The position numbers and the translations under genes were made by a program. A stretch of DNA of 64,000 nucleotides, taken from positions 17,918,001-17,982,000 of the forward strand of contig NC_092345.1 in NCBI RefSeq assembly GCF_963676685.1, given 5' to 3'. Below are positions 27,106 to 41,139 of this stretch, in pieces. Source of the DNA: Mytilus edulis. Lineage: Eukaryota. The stretch's first letter is position 1. Every line of letters starts with the position of its first letter. The notes beneath the pieces were generated by a model. The model saw nothing but the letters and a program-made list of their open reading frames with translations. It ran no database searches and was not told the DNA's origin.

Positions 27106-28959
27106 CACGCGATTAGCTTATTCTAAACAACTTAGACATAACGTTTTCTAAGTTTGACAAATTTCTCATTTGTTACTTTAGAAAGTATGACCTTAGAAAT
27201 TCGAAAAACATCGAAGTTTCAGGTTTTCGCCACATGATTCTTGTTAATCTTAGCAATTTGATTTATGTCCAGTGGCAAATATGTCATGCATTTTCAGGAC
27301 GAGGCCAATTAACAATGAATAGGCAATAGGCAGGTTCTACAAGTTAGCCGAACGATATGATGGTCGAGAAGTCTGGACTGCCACATGAAATGAGTGTCTT
27401 GAATAGCCTTGTAACTTGCCATCTACGGACTCACAAAGGCGCGTTGCAATGGTTCTTAAACGTACAGAGATTCTTGCAATCTGTCAAGACATGGCCATGA
27501 TCTAATTTATAAAACCCGCACACTCGAACGGACGTCTCACTTTGACAATGGTTTTACTTCGGGAAGAAGGATTAAAAGTGACCATTCGGTGTGAGCCAAG
27601 GCTCCGTGTTAATGGCGGTACTTTGACCTATAATAGTTTACTTTTATAAATTGTGACTTGGATGGAGAGTTGTCTCGAGCTCATTGGCACTCATACCACA
27701 TCTTCCTAGTTCTATACCTCAGCCATGCAGTCACCATTGGATGTATTTAATTAGAATTTCGGTAGAAAGTAAAGATGCCAATTACAAGTTATAAACTGTG
27801 ATAATTAGTTAAACCAAATTCGCCTAAAGACGTATGCCTTGCACCTTTGTATATTCTTTAATGCAATATTGCATCCTCCATTTCATACGAATCCTTCAAA
27901 CAAATTTAGTTTCATACAAACAGTTACACGAACAAATATCCTTGATATGAATAATTAATAAAAACGTTATCTGGGAATGTTTATTATTCCCAGACATTAA
28001 CTAAATAATTCCGTACGAGCCTGTCCGTATCTTTGTTTTACTAGGCGCAATATTGATTTTCTAAAGCTATTAATTCAAAGCAATCACTTGATCTGTTAAA
28101 ACCCTTACTGCCATGGTGCTGGTTTATTTCAGAGTAAATATAATGAACAACAAAACAAGAGCACCAATGATTGGATAAACATATAGCACACATTTTTTTT
28201 TAAACAATTACATCAGACTACAATATTGAAAATAATTAACATCGTGTCAAGAAATGGTGGAAACATCACCAATAAGTCTACAACTATAATATGGCCTTTA
28301 CATTGTTAAAAACATGTCTTTGCAACCACCAAGAATCGAAAATGTTATTTTTGTGGGGAACAGCAACATTGTCATCGATGCTTCTTTCAGTTTGAACGTG
28401 GAAGATTGTTATATATACACAAAAACAGTACCAACAGACATTATTGAACCATAACATAGTATTAAAACAGTAATGATTTGGAAACTCCTTTTATAAATGA
28501 CATTTTAAATTAACAGAAACCCTCTTTCACCTCAGATATTGCCAATGACAGACATTTCTGATAGGTTTGCATTGTAAATGATAGTCGAAGAAACGCTTCG
28601 ATATTAAAAAAAAAATCCAGCTAAGTCTTGACGTCCCTATCAATTCCTTTTTCAATTAGGGATTGTTTCCCTAAAATGTATTGAAAACTAATCTCACAAC
28701 CAGATATTAATACAATAGATGTTAAAAAACAAACAAAGAAACTACACCATTGGCAAATAGACAGGATTCTCAGTGAATATGACTACAGCAGTCATCAGAA
28801 GATATTACTGGGAAGTAAGCGGATTGTCTAGAATGCAAATGATTTTAGCATATTTTATTTCTTATTTTGATATTTTTAAACTGTGTTAAATCCTTTGTAA
28901 AACATTCAATAGTTAAAATAAAATAAAAATCAACATTAAATACTGATAAATTAAAATGA

Positions 28960-30457
28960 TTATGCTTCTGAGACACTTCCGTTTGTATGATGTAACATAT
29001 GACTAGACTCGTTTTGATTTAATAATATATCCTCCGTGGTATGTTCTTCCATTACGTTTGGTAAACTACTTTGATTGAAAACAGGTGCAAATGTTGTAGT
29101 TCCAGCTTTCCGAGTAGTTCTCCGATCTATCGATGAATCTTCCGGACTCGGATAACTGTCCGTCAGAAGATCGTCCAACGACGATACTTTTACTAGATTT
29201 ACTTCTTTTGATTGTTCGCGCTGTTTTTCTCTCCGTCTTTTCTTTGCCCAGTCCGTTTGCGATTGTCTTGATTTTTGATGATTGTCTGATGGCATGAAAA
29301 TTCTTTTTATCATACAAAGTATAACAAGAATAGATAAACATAAAACAACAATCACAGATATAGCAACCGGAAGTATAAATGATTGTGACCAAAAGGAATA
29401 CTCAGTGTTCAAAGTTTTTATAACTAAACAGTTTTTATCGTATGTTAAATTCACTTCTCGTGGCACGCACCAACCAGCGGGATCAGTAACGGCACACAAG
29501 GTGAAAGATGTGTCCATTTGTAAACCATCTAATCCGTCGATAGGGGAGTAAATATTTGTAGCAATCGAGCATGACCGCTCAGATGAGTTTTTCCAATACT
29601 GAATAGAATATGATAAACTGTCTTGAAAAGAATCACTTGATATAACTTCTCCACTAGAAACGTTATGAAATGAAACTTTAAAGCCTATATAATGCGCTTT
29701 TATCACATCTGGAGTAAGAATGAGCTTTGCCTCACATCGAGGCCCAGTAAAATGACCATGACATATACATCTTGCCTCCGTTTCCAGTAAGTTCATACCA
29801 TTTAACACAAAGGTTTCTTCCATGCAATGACTGTCGTTTTCACATTGTATATTGCTACATCGCTTTGTTACATCGTCTGAAATACATGTAATGAAGACTT
29901 TATAATCAAAGAATATTATATGGACATGCGTAAGCTATTGGCTCTTTTAATTTTCAACAATGCAATACAAATAAAACCACAAGGCCTTTCAAAGCATTGT
30001 TTGTCTGTTTATTTGTTTATTTTTGCTGTTGTTTTTGTTGTTGATTGGTGTGAACAAGTTAACAGCAGCATTTCATCTTAATCTAACTATAATTTTAAGT
30101 CACCATCAATTTTTTCTACTTTCTCAAAACCTCTCAACCAACAAATCACACTTTTTGTATACAAATCAGTAGTGTGCTTATCTATGAAATCATGTGATTT
30201 TAAACTATCATGATAATTTTTTGTATGTTAAATGTAATTGTAATATGCGCCAATAAACGGTAAACATTCATCTAAGCCTCTTCAAAATTTTCAGTGACAT
30301 AATCGACCAAATACACAAAGGATAAGTATTCAACACAGATTTAAGAATTAAATTAAAAATCTAAAGTGTATTAATTTGTTTATAACAACTTACATTTTAA
30401 AACAGGAGCCGTTAATACCATTGTAATACAGGATAGAATTCTCACCAATAGATTCAT
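28960..30457 (-). CDS. Single-pass type I membrane protein: signal peptide, EGF-like domain, FN3-like domain, TM and Ser/Thr-rich cytoplasmic tail; 326 aa
   Basis: Coding exons 30457-30394 (MNLLVRILSCITMVLTAPVLK, GTAAGT donor) and 29876-28960 join in phase. EGF cysteines: CSNIQCENDSHC...CICHGHFTGPRC. FN3-like motifs FKVSF, YSIQYW and LDGLQMDTSFTLC. TM FILPVAISVIVVLCLSILVILCMI is followed by KR. Further upstream exons cannot be excluded. Confidence 0.82.
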
Positions 30458-31600
30458 AGCCACTTCTACATGGTGAATATCTGAAAAAAAGTAAAACATT
30501 ATAAGTAGTGTTACCAAAATATGCATTACACAGTTAACTAATGTGTGAATATCTGAAAAAAAAGTAAAACATTGTAAGCAATGGTACCAAAATATGAATT
30601 GCGTTGACAAATGTGTGAAGTGGTAACATACTCTTTTGGGAAATGGCGTGGTTTATAACGGGCGAAATTACAGTTTAAATATACTTTCAATCTATATATA
30701 AATTAAACTATTATAGTGTTTTGGACAAACGACTTTTAAAGATTCGTGAGATTTGTTTGGTCTATTGTTCAGTACAATATTGTTAGAGATACTAGATAAA
30801 GTCGAATGTCACTGAAACACAACAAATTCATTTTTAAAATAAGGCCTTTATACATATTTAGTGTTGGAGTTATTGGGTGTGTAACAAGGGATATTCTCCC
30901 TAAAATAAAATTTAAGCTTTAGTTATTATCCGTGAGAAAAATTAGTTAAAAGCCTATAATAGAATTAAGTTTATTAAAACGTATGTTACAAAAAAGATAA
31001 ATTTATAACAAAATTAAATCATGTGTAGAAAACAAAATTAAGAATCAAAGTTACATAACCTACATGTTTCCTTATCTCCATACAAAGTCCGTGTACACGG
31101 TAGAGAGATGTGACTCATGCAGGTTGTCTATGAAAATAGTGACATGTTTGTAGATAAAACAAGATTTTACCCATTAAAGTTTCACCTTGTAGTACACATG
31201 TAAATCTCTTTAAAGTGACGTTAGACAAACATAAAAGATACGTTGTTACAGTCAAACCACTCCCAGTAGCGGTTCACCTCCCTTATCTGGCCACCTTGAG
31301 TAATAGGTAAACCAGAACTCTGTGTTAAATTAAACGTGGTTTGAAGGTGAAACTTCCACAAGTACGACTCAATGTCAGTTATGATGTAGAACTGCTTTCA
31401 GTTCCAAGGTACCGTTAAATAGAACGATTCTGACATGAATAACTTATTTGTACATGTTATAAGAGTTTTAAAAAAATAACCATGCAGAAAGTGTTGTACA
31501 TGTCTTTTATATACAGAAAGTCCAATGTAATCTGGCATTTTTTTCAACCAAAAATATAAATAAAAAGAGATATATAGATTTATGTCAATGAAACTGCACC

Positions 31601-31742
31601 NNNNNNNNNNNNNNNNNNNNNNNNNNNNNNNNNNNNNNNNNNNNNNNNNNNNNNNNNNNNNNNNNNNNNNNNNNNNNNNNNNNNNNNNNNNNNNNNNNNN
31701 NNNNNNNNNNNNNNNNNNNNNNNNNNNNNNNNNNNNNNNNNN
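31601..31742. other. Assembly gap (N run)
   Basis: 142 consecutive n bases. Confidence 1.
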
Positions 31743-32760
31743 AATCACAAAATATGTTTAGGTTTTGACATATTGTCGGACTTCACCAATACACAAGTGT
31801 CTTTTATGACAAATGTCTTAAATTTTTTAAAGTGTTAAATGTGAAATGAAGCAGGACAAAGTTTAAGGTATTAGGAAAGCACTGAACCCATGAAGAGGTT
31901 GCTGACCGGGGACAGGCACATAACCTTAGACAGGATTTAGTATTCAACCGTCCTTATTTTGGAATCAAATCAGTGAAGTGATAAAAGAGGGACGAAAGAT
32001 ACCAAAGGGACAGTCAAACTCATAAATCGAAAATAAACTGACACCGCCATGGCTAAAAATGAAAAAGACAAACAGACAAACAATGGTACACATGTCACAA
32101 TATACTTAAAATGGTATACATAAAAAAATAGAAAACCCCCGCTTAACTCGATTGAGACAGCAACATAGACGACAGAAAGTACAAGAAGAGACAATGATGA
32201 TTTTCACACTCTTTTTGCTGGCGCTGTACCTCCTACGTCAAGATGAGCGCGTCAAGATGAGCACAGGAAACTAGATCTTGCACAGTGATTGACTGTTTGA
32301 TGGTTTCTTAACTAACAGTGTCAAATATTTCATGCCGTGATAGTGCAATGCAAACATTTGAGTAAAAAATCAATACAGGGAAGAAGATAACAAACATTAT
32401 ATATATAATGTGCTCTTATTAAAAGAGACAATATATCCTTCATCGCAACCTTCAGAAAAGGACAGTCAAGACGCAACAACTTACAATTCTTATATAACTT
32501 TTGTTATCACTTACGTAAAAATAAGGAAATGCGCTATGATTGTCAATGAGACACTTCACTAGAGTGCAAATGAAGTGGATGTTAGGAATAGTAGGCCATC
32601 GTAAGGCCTTCAATAATGAGAACAAACCCACACTGTATAATCGGCTATAAAAAGGCCCCAACATGTTAAATGAAGAAAGAAACCAAATTGAGAAAACTAA
32701 CGGCCTAATTTATAACAAAACATGTTTAAGAAAAACAAATATGGCATACAATAACCTACG

Positions 32761-33666
32761 AAAACAACTGATTAGTAAACTCTTGTCTATTAAGGCACAA
32801 CAACTGAATAGTAAACTCTTGTCTATTAAGGCAAAACAACTAAATAGTAAACTCTTGTCTATTGAGGCAAAACAACTGAATAGTAAACTCTTGTCTATTA
32901 TGGCAAAACAACTAAATAGTAAACTCTTGTCTATTAAGGCAAAACAACTGAATAGTAAACTCTTGTCTATTAAGGCAAAACAACTGAATAGCAAACTCTT
33001 GTCTATTAAGGCACAACAACTGAATAGTAAACTCTTGTCTTTTAAGGCAAAACAACTGAATAGTAAACTCTTGTCTATTAAGGCAAAACAACTGACTAGT
33101 AAACTCTTGTCTATTAAGTCAAAACAATTGAATAGTAAACTCTTGTCTATTAAGGCAAAACAATTGAATAGTAAACTCTTGTCTATTAAGGCAAAACAAT
33201 TGAATAGTAAAATCTTGTCTATTAAGGCAAAACAACTAAATAGTAAACTTTTGTCTATTAAGGCAAAACAACTGAATAGTAAACTTTTGTCTATTAAGGC
33301 AAAACAACTGAATAGTAAACTCTTGTCTATTAAGGCAAAACAACTGAATAGTAAACTCTTGTCTATTAAGGCAAAACAATTGAATAGTAAACTCTTGTCT
33401 TTTAAGGCAAAACAACTAAATAGTAAACTTTTGTCTATTAAGGCAAAACAACTGAATAGTAAACTCTTGTCTATTAAGGCAAAACAACTGAATAGTAAAC
33501 TCTTGTCTATTAAAGCAAAACAACTGAATAGTAAACTCTTGTCTATTAAAGCAAAACAACTGAATAGTAAACTCTTGTCTATTAAGGCAAAACAACTGAA
33601 TAGTAAACTCTTGTCTATTAAGGCAAAACAATTGAATAGTAAACCCTTGTCTATTAAGGCAAAACA
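32761..33666. repeat. 36-bp minisatellite, ~25 copies
   Basis: AAAACAACTGAATAGTAAACTCTTGTCTATTAAGGC units with point variants and no visible indels. Confidence 0.97.
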
Positions 33667-35096
33667 TTAAAAGAATTTAAAAGACAGTTTTACATTTGTT
33701 TTATCTATTATGATGTTACCATGAACAACTCTGTAAGGGATATTTTTGTTGGAATTGAAATGATATGGCGTGAGTGATTTTCTGTGTGGTTTCTTATAAC
33801 TTCATGTGTAATTAAACGAAAAACGAAAATCAACGTCTTTATATAAGATTTTTACCTACATAACAGATTAATTGAAATGCACTCGATGGGCGTTTAATCT
33901 ATATTATAAAAAAATGCATAGTAATCTAATGAAATTTATAGTGCAATTAGATATACAATTGAAAGAAATAATTTCAACCAGACTAAAGTATGCTAATATA
34001 ATATTGTGAAATAAAAACCTCTTAAAATTGTACCTATTGTCCAACACAATAAGAATTAGATTATCAATTGTGAAATCGTAAAAATTTCTAAACAAATAGA
34101 AAACTATATATACTCGACTAACATAGATAATAAAAAAGGTATTTCCAGTGTTTACCTTTCTACTTTGAGTTTAACCTATATTAGTTTTTGTTTTGCTGAT
34201 AAATAGAAAGTTGATGCAACTAGGCGAAATATTAGAGTTTCCAGTGGCTGTCGGATAACAAATCCGGCCCTTCTGTCCTTGTCATTACTTTTCAATAAGT
34301 AGTCCCATTTAATAGACACTTGTTAGTTGTAATTTTAAATAAACAAAACCGAAACTGAATATTGACACCTGAAGATTGCGGATTAAAAGAAGTTGTCTGG
34401 GTAAATGTTAACGAATTAGCAACCATGCAATATACACATGCTAAGCTGAGTTTTGTGTATTTATTCAACAGTGTCTAGAAGTATAGTATTATTGGTCTAA
34501 CATTGTGTGCTGACAAGAATTCTGCATTAAAATAGGGATAAACATTCATTAACTCGTCGGTCGAATAATTAAAAAAAAAATGTGTCATGTGCTCCTATTT
34601 TTCTATGCGTATAATGTTCAATGAAATAAAAAAAAAAAAGCTGTCCTATATACAAAACTAAAAAAAAAACCTAAATTACTTTGCAGCACTATAGGGACAT
34701 TTCGAAAGGCTATTAAAGAATTAAAGAAATAAATATTGGAAATCATGCAGAAAGTATCCGACAGACGTTGAAAAACAAAAACAAACATGAAGCCAAATCC
34801 AACAAAGAAGTACTTATGCATCGTGAGGATAATATAATAAATTAACTAATTCTACATCACTTTGTATTTTGGATTTGTTATATAATATGATTGTCAAAGT
34901 AAGACGTAACAGCTCGTGCGATTCTGTCAAAAGTCACGTACTGAATATGCGACGTACTTGCGTTTGAGCGGTAAAGACTGTTTGTCAAGGTTAACTGTCT
35001 CTTAACATTCATGCATGGTTTACATTTTTAAAAGCTTCCTACATGTACCATCATTTACTTCTTTAGATGCTATGAATTCATTTGCTGGGCTCGTTT

Positions 35097-35216
35097 CAGG
35101 GGCAGATCCATCCATTTTCAAAAGGGTGTCCCAACCAAGAATAAAGGGGGTTCCAACCATATGTCCCCATTAAAATACATTGAAAACCCCAGACCCCTCA
35201 CCTAGATCCGCCACTG
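35097..35216. mobile_element. Short hAT-like MITE
   Basis: Imperfect TIRs CAGGGGCAGATC / GATCCGCCACTG. Confidence 0.55.
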
Positions 35217-38087
35217 CGTTTTTATCCTTTAATCAATCAATTACAGTGTGTCTATTTTTAAATTAATATCGCATTTTGATAACAATTGAAACATTTTCCA
35301 ACCTACAACTTTGATGTTGTTTTACTTTTTTCAATTTAACAAACGGTATGAAGTCGCGAAAAGCAGAACTCGTTTGCTATAAAACAATACCCTTTTTTAT
35401 ATTTTATATTGAAACCGTATTTTTAAAAGTCATTACATACCTTATAATACTGAACTTGTACTCGTTTTATTTCCTTGAATACAACATTTCACACTAAAGA
35501 AATCGACCTATTTGCATTTGTCTAATTTCCATGTATTGACATATTATATAATTGATCAGTTTATATTAATATAATATTTTAACAGCTGGTAGATTTGTTT
35601 TAGTGATTTTTAGGAAGAAGTATAGAATAACGCTGGAGGGAAGACGGAAAAATCGAATTTTAACAATAAAAATATGCATGTTTTAACTTTATTATTGATT
35701 GTGTTGATATGATATAATATGAACACACTTAAAAGTGATTTCAGATAAGGTATGTTTCAGTCATAAAAATATTTCCTTTTGTTTGTGAATTTCTGCTACC
35801 AAGAATTGAAACTATTGTAAATCGTTATTTAGAATTCCAGCTTAAAGCTCAATGTTCAAGTTGCAGAGTCATTAACTGTAAACAAGACTTAGAGACCAGT
35901 TATTTATATGGGACTCTTCGGGGTAGATATACAAATTTATATGAGACTCTTTAGGGAAGAAATATAACATGTAAGACGGAAATATGTACACGAAACATAT
36001 AAATTATCACTTATCTGTGGGCCAAATCATATTATGATGTAACAAGTGGCATTAATTAACAGTCGTTAATAACGTGACAGTTTAATTGTTTTGCCATATG
36101 TTGCATTTCTTTCTGTCTGTAAAATCATAAAATCATGCTAGTTTCGGTAACTGCTATAACTGAAGCTAAAATAAAAAATGTTATTGATACGATTTTCTCG
36201 CTGTGTTGAAGATCTTTTGGTGGCCTTCGGCTGTGTTCTGCTCTTTGGTCGGGTTGTTGTCTCTTTGACACATTCCCCATTTCCATTCTCAATTTTACAA
36301 TGTTAAAATACTTTTCAATTACAAACTTCAAAAATTCGCGTGAATGTGAATTCAAATAAGTTGATTTGTTGACTTGCAAGTCATTTAAACATCATTGATA
36401 TTTTTAGCCTATTCTTACAAAAAAGATTAAAAACTGACCGCTAATAACGAAATATTGTTTCACAAATCCGTTTGTATAAAACTTTAAAATAATTCGTAGC
36501 TAATGCCCATTTAAAACAAAATTAAAATACGTGTTAATTTTACAGGTATTCGTCATATATTTGCTTCATGTATACATTACAGATACGATATTTAAAGTGC
36601 ACGTAAAATTAAAACACGAATTTCGAATTACCTTCATGTTAATCATAGGCTAAAAATGTTTTTGGGAAAAACGTTTTCCATCCTATTTTCTCCATAATAT
36701 AGACTAACCACAACCCAATGACTAAGTATAAGACTACCAGGTAGTAAATTTTGAATTAAACATTAAACAAAATGTGCGTCTTTTCACACCAAATACTGAC
36801 AACAGATGACATACAATACATTTCACATACCTGATTCACACGGCTTTTATTCACACCGATTATTAAAAGGCGAATTAATAGCAATAATCCTCAAAACTTT
36901 AACAAGAACCGACAGCAGAATAATCATACATTTTGAATTCTTTAAATGCAAATAGATTATTGACTATGAGGTATTTAAAAAGCTCCTTTTACATATTGTA
37001 CACAACTTAAGACAATAAAAGTGGACCATTCTAGCGCTCTACTCAAATACCACGCCTTTACTGTAGATTATAGATATGATAAATTGCATTGTTCAAAAAT
37101 ATTTCAAGTCTTACATTATGCCCTATAGGTATTTTCATGTATGAATATTGGAACGTTCCTGTGACATATATTTTGTCTAGCTGGCGATGGCCGGTCAAGA
37201 TTAAAACATCCCTGCCAAGTTTTAAGTCGACGATTATTTAGTATTGTTAAGTAAATTATTTGTCTACATTTTAATCTTATAAATGTCATATTTTGAATAG
37301 ACAGAGTAACTTTGACAACTAACCAACACTTGGAATACTTATATTTGACATTTAGGTTAATGCAACTGTTGACCGAAGAAAGTGACCATTAAAAAGGGCT
37401 GTAGACTGACTTTTTTCGACAACACCAATTCATTATTTTTTTTTATTTAGACCATTAAAATGACTATGTTCAAAATTGGGCGACTGGACAATTATATTTG
37501 TATAGTTCATTTATGTTTGATTTTTTTTTTTAAAGACAACCGATATATATGATGGATGAGGATATAATTGACAATAACTCTAAAATGTGAACAATCTTTT
37601 TTTTTTTTTTTGGGGGGGGGGGGGGGTAGACTTCTTAGACAGACAATAACCACTTTATCATTAATACGAACTGTTACTTTTCCTTCTACACATATGAATG
37701 ATATAAGGAGTGAAAACACGCTGTGTTTCTCTTAGCGTACACAAATGACCGAACTGCTGTTGGGTTTTCTGTTAAAGTTGTGTGCTACTGACAAATTTTT
37801 AAATCTTATCCAATGATAGTCGGTCACAGAAGGGTTCTTCCATCCATAAGATAAGAAAGTTACAAAAAAAAAAAAATACCAATAACTTAAATATTTGTCT
37901 AGATCATATCTGTAATATGAGTGTCATTTCACAATAAATTATTCATTCTTTTCAAATTAGTTTCCCTGAGGACATGTGTATATCAATACATCTTTTTCTT
38001 ATACATAACATTGTGTCACATATGATTATCACCTTGTATTTCCTTGTTCCAGTCTTAAAACGTAGTTGACACTTTCCCACCAAAACG

Positions 38088-38245
38088 AATTGTAACCTAA
38101 ATATGCTGATGGCTTTCATTGAATGTATTACGACATCTAAATTATAACCGAAATATGCTTTTGGCTTTCATTCAAATGTATTACGACATCTAAATTGTAA
38201 CCCAAATATGCTGATGGCTTTTATTGAATATATTAAGACATCTAT
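38088..38245. repeat. ~52-bp tandem repeat, 3 copies
   Basis: AATTGTAACCTAAATATGCTGATGGCTTTCATTGAATGTATTACGACATCTA-like units. Confidence 0.85.
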
Positions 38246-38444
38246 TAACACAAGCATTTGTCTCAGAAAAAAATCCTATAAACCTTAAAATACTAGTATA
38301 ACATTTATATTAAGGTATATATATAAAAAAAAATCTGAGAAAAAGTGCCTATGATCTAGAACTTCTGGCTGCACAACAACTTTTTAAAAACTTATCCCTA
38401 GATTTGGTAAATGAACTTATCATAGATATCAGGCTTAATTTTGG

Positions 38445-38490
38445 ACATCCGATGCGCGTTCGTCTACAAAAGACTCATCAGCGACGCTCG
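38445..38490 (-). ncRNA. Hammerhead ribozyme motif (type I, minimal), probably inactivated
   Basis: Minus strand GCGTCG-CTGATGA-GTC-TTTTGTA-GAC-GAA-CGCGC-ATC-GGATGT. The CUGAUGA box and stem II are intact, but one A of GAAA is missing. Confidence 0.6.
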
Positions 38491-41139
38491 AATAAAAAAA
38501 AGTTAAAAGAGGCAAAACAAAGTACAAAGTCGGACGTACCAGTCGAAGTTAATGTAAAAAAAAAAACTAACGTACGCACGGAATCATATAATATGGTTTT
38601 AATATTTGAGAGTGTTTCTGCATTGTCTTGCAAAATATCGGTTACTAAATCTGCAAATATACTGAGTTCTACAATAAAATAACACTTTATAGTGTTATTC
38701 GTGTTGGTTAATGGTAGATGGTAAATGGTAGTGATAGTTACTCATGAGTTAGACCACGTTATATCACTATAGATTTTAAAACTTGATGTCAATATAAATT
38801 TTACTGCTTTGCTATAAAATTGAGACCATTTTGTATTTTGTTTAGTAATTTAAAACCTAACGAACCATGAAAGACTTTCGAAGCTACTATAAAGTTAGAT
38901 CTGAATCAACGAAAGGAAATGAACTCATCAGAAATTGTAGTGGTATTTCAGTTGATATGTCTGTTGATAATTCTGTCTATCCTGTTTTGATATTTTTTTA
39001 TTTAAAACAATTTTTTTTAACTCTTCTTTGTTCGAAATTAAAAATAAAAAGGTCAACGTTACAATACCAATTTTCGTCAATACACATTCATTTCAATTTT
39101 GAATAGCCTTCAAGTTATACATACACGAAAATCTTTAAGAATGTTTGATAAAATCCAGTGTTCTCTGTAAGATTGTTGTCGGAACAGTGTCTATATATTT
39201 CTTGTTTTTTTTTTTTTTAGGTGTTATTATAGAATTGTCCGTTTCTGGGAAAAAGAGCCATTAGTGGCCACAGTTTATTATATGGCAAAACATCGGATAG
39301 CTAGGCCACTCAATTTATCATTTGTGTTTTATAGCAAATAGCAAAATTTTGTCGAACAGTTTAATAATCACATTGCAAGTTCAATCCGGTTCCAGTTTTG
39401 AGTTACTTATCTAAATTAAGAGGACCGTTGGTCTTGCTCGTCTAAACAGAAACATTGTTGAAACCGAACAGTAGTTTTAAAGCACATAAGGATTGAACTC
39501 TTAATATCTTTTGACCGTTGAAAAACGTTCGCAGCTTTAAATCGGTTAACAAAAGTGATTAAAGAAATCAGCAATTGTGTGGTCGTTTTTAAGTTGATAT
39601 ATCAGTTAGTATTGTCTAATCGTATATATATATATTTAGTGTTTTCTCTCTGGTCAAATCGGGATCTAAGAAATATTTGCTTTTTGGAATTAGTTTAGAG
39701 ATTAGCTCAATTCCTATTTCCCATTTTTTTTAAAGTTTACAATAGATATTTTTGGAGTTCAAAAAGTTTAATAGACAATGTCTTTAATTCCCAGTTTTAA
39801 GAGAGCTCACGAGTAGACACTCCAAGTATTACCTATATACATATATATGTAGTACTGCCATTAATTTACACTGTAAAATGGGTCTGATCAACGTGTACAC
39901 AAAATGTACGATAACCAAATTGTAATAAAATTCTAAGCTAGTTGAGTCTTTGTTTGTTTTATTTATGTTTTATTTACTCAATTTTACACTATGTAAAAAT
40001 TAAACGAAAAGATGAAATAGATAAGTACTTACCAAAATCTTACACAGGAGAGACAATTTCTAGACGAACTTCCCGTCAAAACATTTAATTTCCTCGGGAT
40101 GGTCTTCAAATGCGTGTTAAATTATATTTCTATCTTTATTGAACTACCGTTCTATCAAACAAACTACAAAACCGCAATAATTTATCAAGTAAGTGGTTAA
40201 TAAAATCTTCTTTTTAAAATTTATGTGTATTTGTACCTGTGTATATACAGGTAAAATGTACAATTTATTGGCCTCGTTGACCTTTGGCGTCATTCCGTAG
40301 GTATTTAAACTCTACAGCATTGTACTCTAGCTGTGTCTTATGTCATAGTTATGTAAAAAATATTATTAAAGTAACAGGAATAACGAAATAGGAAATAACT
40401 AATGGAGAATTCACAGCATGCTGTCAGAGTACTCGGTGCGAAGTGTCATCATTTTGATAGATAAATAGGACAAATTTCGGTCGGGATCTATACGGAAATG
40501 ATACATGTAGTTCAAATTTTAAATATGAATTATGATTAAAAAGCCAACCGATATCAATCACAACGGCCACCACTGACTGTTATTGTAATTTTCTATCTTC
40601 TATTTACCTAATTTTTTTCTCAGAAACCACTGAACTTTATTTGGCCGAACTTTACTTGAACCATAGATATAATAGCCATCACATCTATGGTTGAACTAAA
40701 ATATAGGAGGTCGAATGAATGACCAATCCAGCCAACTGTGGACCAAGCCGACTTAAAAATCTCGTAAAAAGCAGAACAAAGGAAATATTGGAAACATTGG
40801 TAGCTTAATCGGTACTCATAATATACCTCACCAAGTTCAAGTGATATTTAAATTTATATTTTTTTTTCATATTTTTGTGTCAATTCAGTGAATTGTATAA
40901 TTTAAAAGAAGCTCAAAATCTAGTCTCTAACGAAGCCATGCGCGCGAATAGAAAATGGCACAATATCACAATGACGGGAAGTATATTTGATTTTTGGCGT
41001 TTTAACGCAACTTTTAAGCACCGCATTTAGACTATTTCTAGTTAATTAAGACGGGATGTGTAAGTACAGAGCCACGACAAATGGATATTACCAAAAATAG
41101 ACTAAACAGTAAAAGTTATATTCATAAAGACAATCAAAA

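Noticed and set aside
29066-29551. Overlapping 108-aa (-) and 89-aa (+) ORFs
   Set aside because: They are shadow frames of the real EGF-FN3-TM exon, with no independent support.
31398-31748. 116-aa ORF
   Set aside because: It spans the N-gap, so it is not meaningful.
40032-40115. Possible non-coding first exon of the EGF-FN3-TM gene (strong GTAAGT donor on the minus strand; another candidate near 36830)
   Set aside because: A donor motif alone is insufficient, and the link would cross an assembly gap. It needs transcript data.
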